This document shows, piece by piece, positions 24,855 to 31,199 of a stretch of 31,199 nt of DNA (positions within the stretch are counted from its first letter, which is position 1; each line of letters starts with the position of its first letter). The stretch is from the NCBI GenBank assembly GCA_964628305.1, contig CAZVNC010000001.1, forward strand, positions 1 to 31,199, in the 5' to 3' direction. The DNA is from an uncultured Ideonella sp. (GTDB lineage: Bacteria; Pseudomonadota; Gammaproteobacteria; Burkholderiales; Burkholderiaceae_C). The notes beneath the pieces were generated by a model. It was not told where the DNA came from, searched no databases, and was given only the letters and a program-made list of their open reading frames with translations. Position numbers and translations under genes: made by a program.

Positions 24855-25832
24855 CTACTTCCGGTAGGCCTCGACCAGCGCCTTGCCGTCCGGCCCCGCC
24901 GTGGCGAGCCATTCGTCGACGAGTTGCTTGCCGATCTGGTTGAAGTCGGCAGCGAGCTTGGGTGAAGGCGGCAGAACTTTCATGCCGTGCTCGGAGAGCA
25001 CCTTCTTCGTCGCGTCGGCGACTTGCTCGCTCGCCGCCCAGCCCGCCTCCTCGGCCTTCTTCGCCTCGGCAAGCACCGCGTCCTGGGTCGCCTTGTCGAG
25101 CGCATTGAACGCGGCCTTGTTGACGATCACCATGTTCTTGGGCAGCCAGGCCTGCACATCGTAGAAGTACTTCAGCGACTCCCAGGCCTTGTAGTCGACG
25201 GCTGACTGCGCCGACGACATCAGCGAGTTGATCTTGCCAGTCGCGAGCGCCTGCGCCACCTCGGCGGCCTGGATCGTGACCGGGCGCGCCTTGACGAGCT
25301 CGCCGATACGGGAAGTCTGTTTGTCGTAGGCGCGGAAGTTCAGGCCTTCCAGATCGGCGGCCGACTGCACCTCCTTCGCGGTGATCAGGCCCTGCGGAGG
25401 CCATGGCACGGCAAACAGCAGGCGCATGCCCTGCGCGTCGAGCGCCTTCTCGATATACGGCCGCTGCACGGTCCAGAGCTTCTTCGCGTCGGCGTAGCTC
25501 GTCGCCAGAAACGGCAGGCCATCGACGGCGTAGAGCGGATTCTCGTTGACGAGCGTGACCATCAGCACCTCGCCGATCGGCACCTGCCCGGTCTGGACGG
25601 CGCGCTTGATCTCCGGCATCTTGTACAGCGACGCCCCCGAATGAACCTTCAGGACGAACTTGCCGCCGGTCGCCTGCTTGACCCCGGCTGCGAAGCGGTC
25701 GATGTTCTGGGTGTGGAAGTTGGTCGGCGCGTACGGCGTTGGCATGTCCCAGCTCTGCGCGTGTGCAGCACCGGGAAAGATCGCAATTGCAGCCGCAGCG
25801 GCGATGGAGGCAGTGAGCTTCGACATGTGCAT
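24855..25832 (-). CDS. dctP: TRAP transporter substrate-binding protein
   Basis: Signal peptide (AAHAQ), WDMPTPY, IKRAVQTGQVPIGE, DGLPFLA, WPPQGL, DLEGLNFRAY (conserved Arg), PKNMVIVN. ATG 25832 follows AAAGGA. Confidence 0.88.
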   Translation of the reverse strand: MHMSKLTASIAAAAAIAIFPGAAHAQSWDMPTPYAPTNFHTQNIDRFAAGVKQATGGKFVLKVHSGASLYKMPEIKRAVQTGQVPIGEVLMVTLVNENPLYAVDGLPFLATSYADAKKLWTVQRPYIEKALDAQGMRLLFAVPWPPQGLITAKEVQSAADLEGLNFRAYDKQTSRIGELVKARPVTIQAAEVAQALATGKINSLMSSAQSAVDYKAWESLKYFYDVQAWLPKNMVIVNKAAFNALDKATQDAVLAEAKKAEEAGWAASEQVADATKKVLSEHGMKVLPPSPKLAADFNQIGKQLVDEWLATAGPDGKALVEAYRK

Positions 25833-25854
25833 TGGAGATCCTTTCGTGGTGGGG

Positions 25855-26451
25855 TCAGACAAGTTGCTTGGAGTCGGCGTTCGATCCGGAGAGCCTTTGA
25901 CCTTGCGGACGCAACGCCGTTCGGCCGTACACGTTGTTCGCTTCGACCAGGTCATGCAGCAGTTGCATGAACATCGTCCGCTCGCCCTCATCCAGCGGCG
26001 CGAGGAGGCGCTTCTGCGCCTCCTGCATGCGCGGGTAGATACGGGCGACGAGTTCGGCCCCCTCGCGGCTGGCCAGGCAGAGCTTGCGGCGCCTGTTGTG
26101 CGGATCGACGACGCGGGCGACAAGCTTGCGCGACTCGAGGCGCTTCAACACATCGTGGACGTTGGCCCGGTCGATGCCGAGTTCCTCGGCGACCGAGAAC
26201 TGATCCAGCCCCGGCATGTCGACGAGGATGCTCATCAGGCCGTACTGCACCGGCGTCATGCCGTACTCCTCGAGCACCTCCATGAACATCGAGACATGGA
26301 TCTGGTGCAGGCGTCGGACGAGGAACCCCGGGCGCGCCCAGAGCGAGGTGTGCTCGCGCATGCGAAACGCATTCTGATCCGCCTTCGCCTGGGCTCGGCG
26401 GACGGCGCTGATGTCGGCCGCGCTCTTGCGTCGTAGCGAAGGCTTGCTCAT
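25855..26451 (-). CDS. MarR-family transcriptional regulator
   Basis: RPGFLVRRLHQ, MTPVQYGLM, LDQFSVAEELGIDRANVHDVLKRLESRKLVAR, DPHNRRRK. Start uncertain (ATG 26451 chosen). Confidence 0.87.
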   Translation of the reverse strand: MSKPSLRRKSAADISAVRRAQAKADQNAFRMREHTSLWARPGFLVRRLHQIHVSMFMEVLEEYGMTPVQYGLMSILVDMPGLDQFSVAEELGIDRANVHDVLKRLESRKLVARVVDPHNRRRKLCLASREGAELVARIYPRMQEAQKRLLAPLDEGERTMFMQLLHDLVEANNVYGRTALRPQGQRLSGSNADSKQLV

Positions 26452-26486
26452 GTTCGTGCAATCAAGGTTGGGTGATGTTCCGCAGT

Positions 26487-27622
<1,136 letters not shown>

Positions 27623-27626
<4 letters not shown>

Positions 27627-28450
27627 GCCAGGATGTCCTCGAGGGCACGGCGCAGCATCGCCCGGCAGGCCTGCTGCCGCGCCGGTGGGGCGCCGTGCAG
27701 CGCGGGGCGGCAGGCGAGGTCGAGTTGCTCTTCGCTCAGCGCCTCGCGTCCGTTGCGCGCGATGTCGCCGGCCAGCCCGGCAAGCGCCGTCGGCCGGCCG
27801 GCGGGCGTGCCGATGAAAACCCGGGCGACGCGTCGCGGCGGATCGAGCAGCACCGCGACGGCAGCCTCGGCGAACTCGCCCGGTTTGCGGCAGAACTTGC
27901 GATAGGACCACCGCGCCTGCGCCGACAGCCGGGGCCAGTGCACCGCGGTGAGCAACTCCGCGGGCTGGAGCGCCGTGACATAGGCGCCCGACATGAACGC
28001 ATCGGCGGCGACGCGCCTTGTCCCCGAGCGGCCCTGAATCTCGATGCTGGCGCCCCAGGTCGCTGCGATCAGCGGCCAGTCGCCCGCCGGGTCGGCATGC
28101 GCGAGGCTGCCGCCGACCGTGCCGCGGTTGCGAATCGCGCGGTAGGCGATGCCGCGCGCCGCGTGGGCGAGCGGCTCAAGGCCGGAGATCGCGTTCGCGC
28201 GATCCTCGAACCAGGCGTGCGTCGTGCAGGCGCCGATGCGCACGGCGGCGTCGGCCTCGTCGACTTTGGTCAGCGCGTCGATCGCCGAAATGTCGATCAG
28301 CCGCGCCGGACGCACCAGGCGCAGGTTGAGCATCGGCCCGAGCGACTGCCCGCCGGCGACAACCTTTGATTCGACCTCGGCGTCTCCCAGCGCGTCGAGC
28401 GCCTCGGCGATCGAGCGCGCCTTCATATAGTCGAAACGCGCCGGCTTCAC
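27623..28450 (-). CDS. Mo-hydroxylase FAD-binding medium subunit (CoxM/CutM-like)
   Basis: MKPARFDY, VAGGQSLGPMLNLRL, IRNRGTVGGSLAHADPAGD. GTGA overlap with the large-subunit stop. Confidence 0.88.
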
Positions 28451-30855
28451 GATCCGGCTCCCGGCGCCGCAGGGCCGGCTGCCATCGCCGCAAGGAGCCG
28501 CGCCGGAGTCAACGGTGTCTGCGACAACTCGGCGGCGCGGCCGCGCAGCGCGTCGTTGACGGCGTTGAAGATCGCTGCCGGGGGCGCGATCGCACCGCCT
28601 TCACCCATGCCCTTGATGCCGAACTTAGTGTACGGCGACGGTGTCTCGGAGTGGTGGATCCGGATCGGCGGCGACTCGGTCGCGCCCGGCATGATGTAGT
28701 CCATCAGCGTCGACGCGAGCGGCTGGCCGTTCGCGTCGTAGGGCGACTCCTCGTAGAGGGCGGTGCCGATGCCCTGCACCACGCCGCCAATCGTCTGCCC
28801 TTCGACGATCATCGGGTTGACCATCGTGCCGCAGTCCTCGCTGATCACGTAGTCGAGCAGCTCGACCGACCCGGTGCGCGGATCCACGGCGACGACCACC
28901 GCGTGCGACGCGTAGCTGAACACGCCGGTGTCGATCTTGGGCCGGTGCGAGACGCTGACCTCCAGGCCGCCGCGATCGACGTCCTTGGGCAGCCGCTCGG
29001 GCCGCACGAACCAGGCCTGTGCAACATCGCGAATCGATACCTCGCCCGCCGGCCCCACGACCCGCCCCGATTCGAAGCGAGCCTCCTGCTCGCCGCAGCC
29101 GAGCAGCGCCGCGCCGATGCGCAGCAGCCGCGGCACGAGCGCCTCGCAGGCCTCGGCGACCGCGCCTCCGGCCATCACGATGCTGCGCGACGCGTAGGTT
29201 CCGGTCGAGAATGGCGTCGTTCCGGTGTCGCCATGCACGACGCGGATGCGTGCGACGTCGACGCCAAGCACCTGGTGAGCGACCTGCGCCAGCGTCGTCT
29301 CCATGCCCTGGCCGTGCGAGTGCACGCCGACGCAGAGTTCCAGTCCGCCGTCGGGCGTCACGCGCACCGTCGCCTGGTCGTAGCCCGGAACGAGCGGCAG
29401 GCCCCACGACGCGAACACCGATGTGCCGTGCGCCGACTGCTCGCAGTAGCTCGCGAAGCCGACGCCGATCAGCCTGCCGTCGTTCTCGCCGCGGCGCTGG
29501 CGCTCGCGCACCGCATCGAGGCCGATCGCATCGACCACCCATTCGAGGCTGCGCGGATAGTCGCCGCTGTCGTAGTGCTTGCGCGCCACGTTGTTGTAGG
29601 GCATCTGCTCGGGCCGGATCAGGTTCTCGGCGCGCACCTGCCACGGCTCGCGGCCGACCTCGCGCGCGATGGCGTCGATCAGCAATTCGATCGCGAAGCA
29701 CACGCCGGTGCGCGCGACGCCGCGATACGGCAGGAAGCCGGGCTTGTTCGTCGCGACGCACCACGTCTTGGCGCGATAGCCGGCGATCGCGTAGGGGCCG
29801 GGCAGGTTGCCGGTCGCCTGCCCGGGCTCGAGGCCGACGGTGAACGGCCAGTTCGAGTACGCGCCGCCGTCGATCGTGATCTCGGCGTCGAGCGCGAGCA
29901 GCCGGCCGCGATCGTCGACGTGCGCCGCGAGCCGGTAGTGGTGCTGGCGCGTGTTCGCCGCCGCGACCAGGTGCTCGCGCCGGTCCTCGACGTAGCGAAA
30001 CGGCGTGCGATAGCGCAGTGCGAGCCACGCGACGCAAAGCTCTTCGGGCTGGAGCACGCACTTGTAGCCGAACGCGCCGCCGACGTCGGGCGCGATGATG
30101 CGCAGCTTGCGCTCCTCGATCCCCAGGCACTGCGCCAGGCCGACGCGGATCATGTGCGGCACCTGCGTCGAGCTGTAGACGATCAACTGGTCGGCGCGCT
30201 CGTCCCAGTAGGCGACGATGGCCTTGCCTTCCATCGGATTCATCGCCTGGCGCGCGAGCGAGATCTCGCGCCGCACAATCCGCGTCGCGCGCGCTGCCTG
30301 CTCGTCGAAACTGTTGTCGTAGGCGAGCGAGAGAAAGAGGTTGTCGCGCCATTCGTCGTGCACGCGCACGCCGGGCTCGGCGAGCGCGCGGTGCGCGTCG
30401 ACCAGCGCCGGAAGCGGCTCGATGCGCAGATCGATCTCCTCGGCAAGATCCTCGGCCATCGCGCGTGTGGGCGCGACGCACATCGCGACCGGCTCGCCGA
30501 CGAAGCGCACCTTGCCCGATGCGAGCGCGTGATGCTCCGAGACCTGATAGCTTGGCAGCGTCGAGGTTGCGACGATCGGCTTCAGGCCTTCCAGATCGTC
30601 ATTTACGAACACCCGACCTTCCGATCCGGACGGCTTGGCTATGGCGACGATGCGGCCATGCGCGATCGGGCTGCGCAGGAACGCCACCTCCTGCTGACCC
30701 GGCAGCAGCATGTCCGATACATACTGGCCGCGGCCGCGCATCAGCCGCGCGTCTTCCTTGCGCGGCATGCGCGCGCCTATGCCCTGCTTCCGATCGTCCA
30801 TCGGGTCGTGGTTCACGGTGTCGCTGCCATCGGCGCTTGCTGGATCCGGCTTCAT
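28447..30855 (-). CDS. Xanthine-oxidase-family Mo-hydroxylase large subunit (CoxL/CutL-like, not a CO dehydrogenase)
   Basis: RKEDARLMRGRGQY, STQVPH, VGGAFGYK, active-site loop PYRGVAR, HGQGMETT, TYASRS, GGVVQGIG..LYE, KGMGEGG (catalytic Glu). Confidence 0.88.
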   Translation of the reverse strand: MKPDPASADGSDTVNHDPMDDRKQGIGARMPRKEDARLMRGRGQYVSDMLLPGQQEVAFLRSPIAHGRIVAIAKPSGSEGRVFVNDDLEGLKPIVATSTLPSYQVSEHHALASGKVRFVGEPVAMCVAPTRAMAEDLAEEIDLRIEPLPALVDAHRALAEPGVRVHDEWRDNLFLSLAYDNSFDEQAARATRIVRREISLARQAMNPMEGKAIVAYWDERADQLIVYSSTQVPHMIRVGLAQCLGIEERKLRIIAPDVGGAFGYKCVLQPEELCVAWLALRYRTPFRYVEDRREHLVAAANTRQHHYRLAAHVDDRGRLLALDAEITIDGGAYSNWPFTVGLEPGQATGNLPGPYAIAGYRAKTWCVATNKPGFLPYRGVARTGVCFAIELLIDAIAREVGREPWQVRAENLIRPEQMPYNNVARKHYDSGDYPRSLEWVVDAIGLDAVRERQRRGENDGRLIGVGFASYCEQSAHGTSVFASWGLPLVPGYDQATVRVTPDGGLELCVGVHSHGQGMETTLAQVAHQVLGVDVARIRVVHGDTGTTPFSTGTYASRSIVMAGGAVAEACEALVPRLLRIGAALLGCGEQEARFESGRVVGPAGEVSIRDVAQAWFVRPERLPKDVDRGGLEVSVSHRPKIDTGVFSYASHAVVVAVDPRTGSVELLDYVISEDCGTMVNPMIVEGQTIGGVVQGIGTALYEESPYDANGQPLASTLMDYIMPGATESPPIRIHHSETPSPYTKFGIKGMGEGGAIAPPAAIFNAVNDALRGRAAELSQTPLTPARLLAAMAAGPAAPGAGS

Positions 30856-30876
30856 GTCGCGTCAAGGTCCATCGGG

Positions 30877-31199
30877 TCAACGCGTCTTCCCACCAGGGGA
30901 CGCAGCCGGATCGGCTGGTGCGCCGAAGGGATCAAGGGAGTGGTCGGGGTCGTCGGCCTGGTGCGGTACCTCGATGCGGACCTTGTCCAGATCGACCTCC
31001 TTGTGCTTCTCCAGGTTGCCGGTCACGAGCCCCGGAAACGCGATCACCAGCCCCACCATCACCAACTGAATGATCACGAACGGTATCGCGCCGCGATAGA
31101 TGTCGGCGGTCTTGATCGACTTGTCAGCAACCGACCGCAGGTAGAACAGCGCAAAGCCGAAAGGCGGGTGCATGAACGAGGTCTGCATGTTCACCGCCA
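30877..31199 (-). CDS. dctM: Second TRAP large permease, C-terminal fragment (5' partial)
   Basis: AVNMQTSFMHPPFGFALFYLRSVA...IYRGAIPFVIIQL..VGLVIAFPGLV, a DctM C-terminus. Runs off the window edge; stop is 21 nt before the large-subunit start. Confidence 0.8.
   Translation of the reverse strand, partial: AVNMQTSFMHPPFGFALFYLRSVADKSIKTADIYRGAIPFVIIQLVMVGLVIAFPGLVTGNLEKHKEVDLDKVRIEVPHQADDPDHSLDPFGAPADPAASPGGKTR

Overview
High-GC proteobacterial (probably betaproteobacterial) DNA, almost fully coding, with no rRNA, tRNA, CRISPR, transposase or integrase visible. It holds two adjacent N-heterocycle catabolic modules. Module 1 (243-16483) is a nicotinate cluster of hybrid design: a Pseudomonas-type NicAB molybdo-hydroxylase with a triheme cytochrome c tail, plus the Eubacterium barkeri-type reductive steps 6-hydroxynicotinate reductase (Hnr) and enamidase (Ena). 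It also carries a 7Fe ferredoxin, a TetR regulator, a UPF0280/ApbE-like protein, two tandem AA_synth (DUF1185) paralogues, a branched-chain-type ABC importer and an EamA exporter; an OprD-type porin gene ends convergently at the left edge. Module 2 (16487-31199) matches no pathway I can name. It encodes a second, CoxLMS-type Mo-hydroxylase with a non-CODH active-site loop and a CoxS-CoxG fusion, an orphan PreA-like FMN/Fe-S ring reductase with altered substrate-binding residues, a cupin, an amidase, DUF2848, a ThDP enzyme, two TRAP systems and a MarR regulator. Two near-identical palindromic operators, each overlapping a sigma70-like -10 box, tie these genes together. Best hypothesis (inference): a second hydroxylate-reduce-hydrolyse route for a carboxylated N-heterocycle such as picolinate, possibly converging with the nicotinate route on glutarate. 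Protein family calls come from motif recognition and memory, not database searches.
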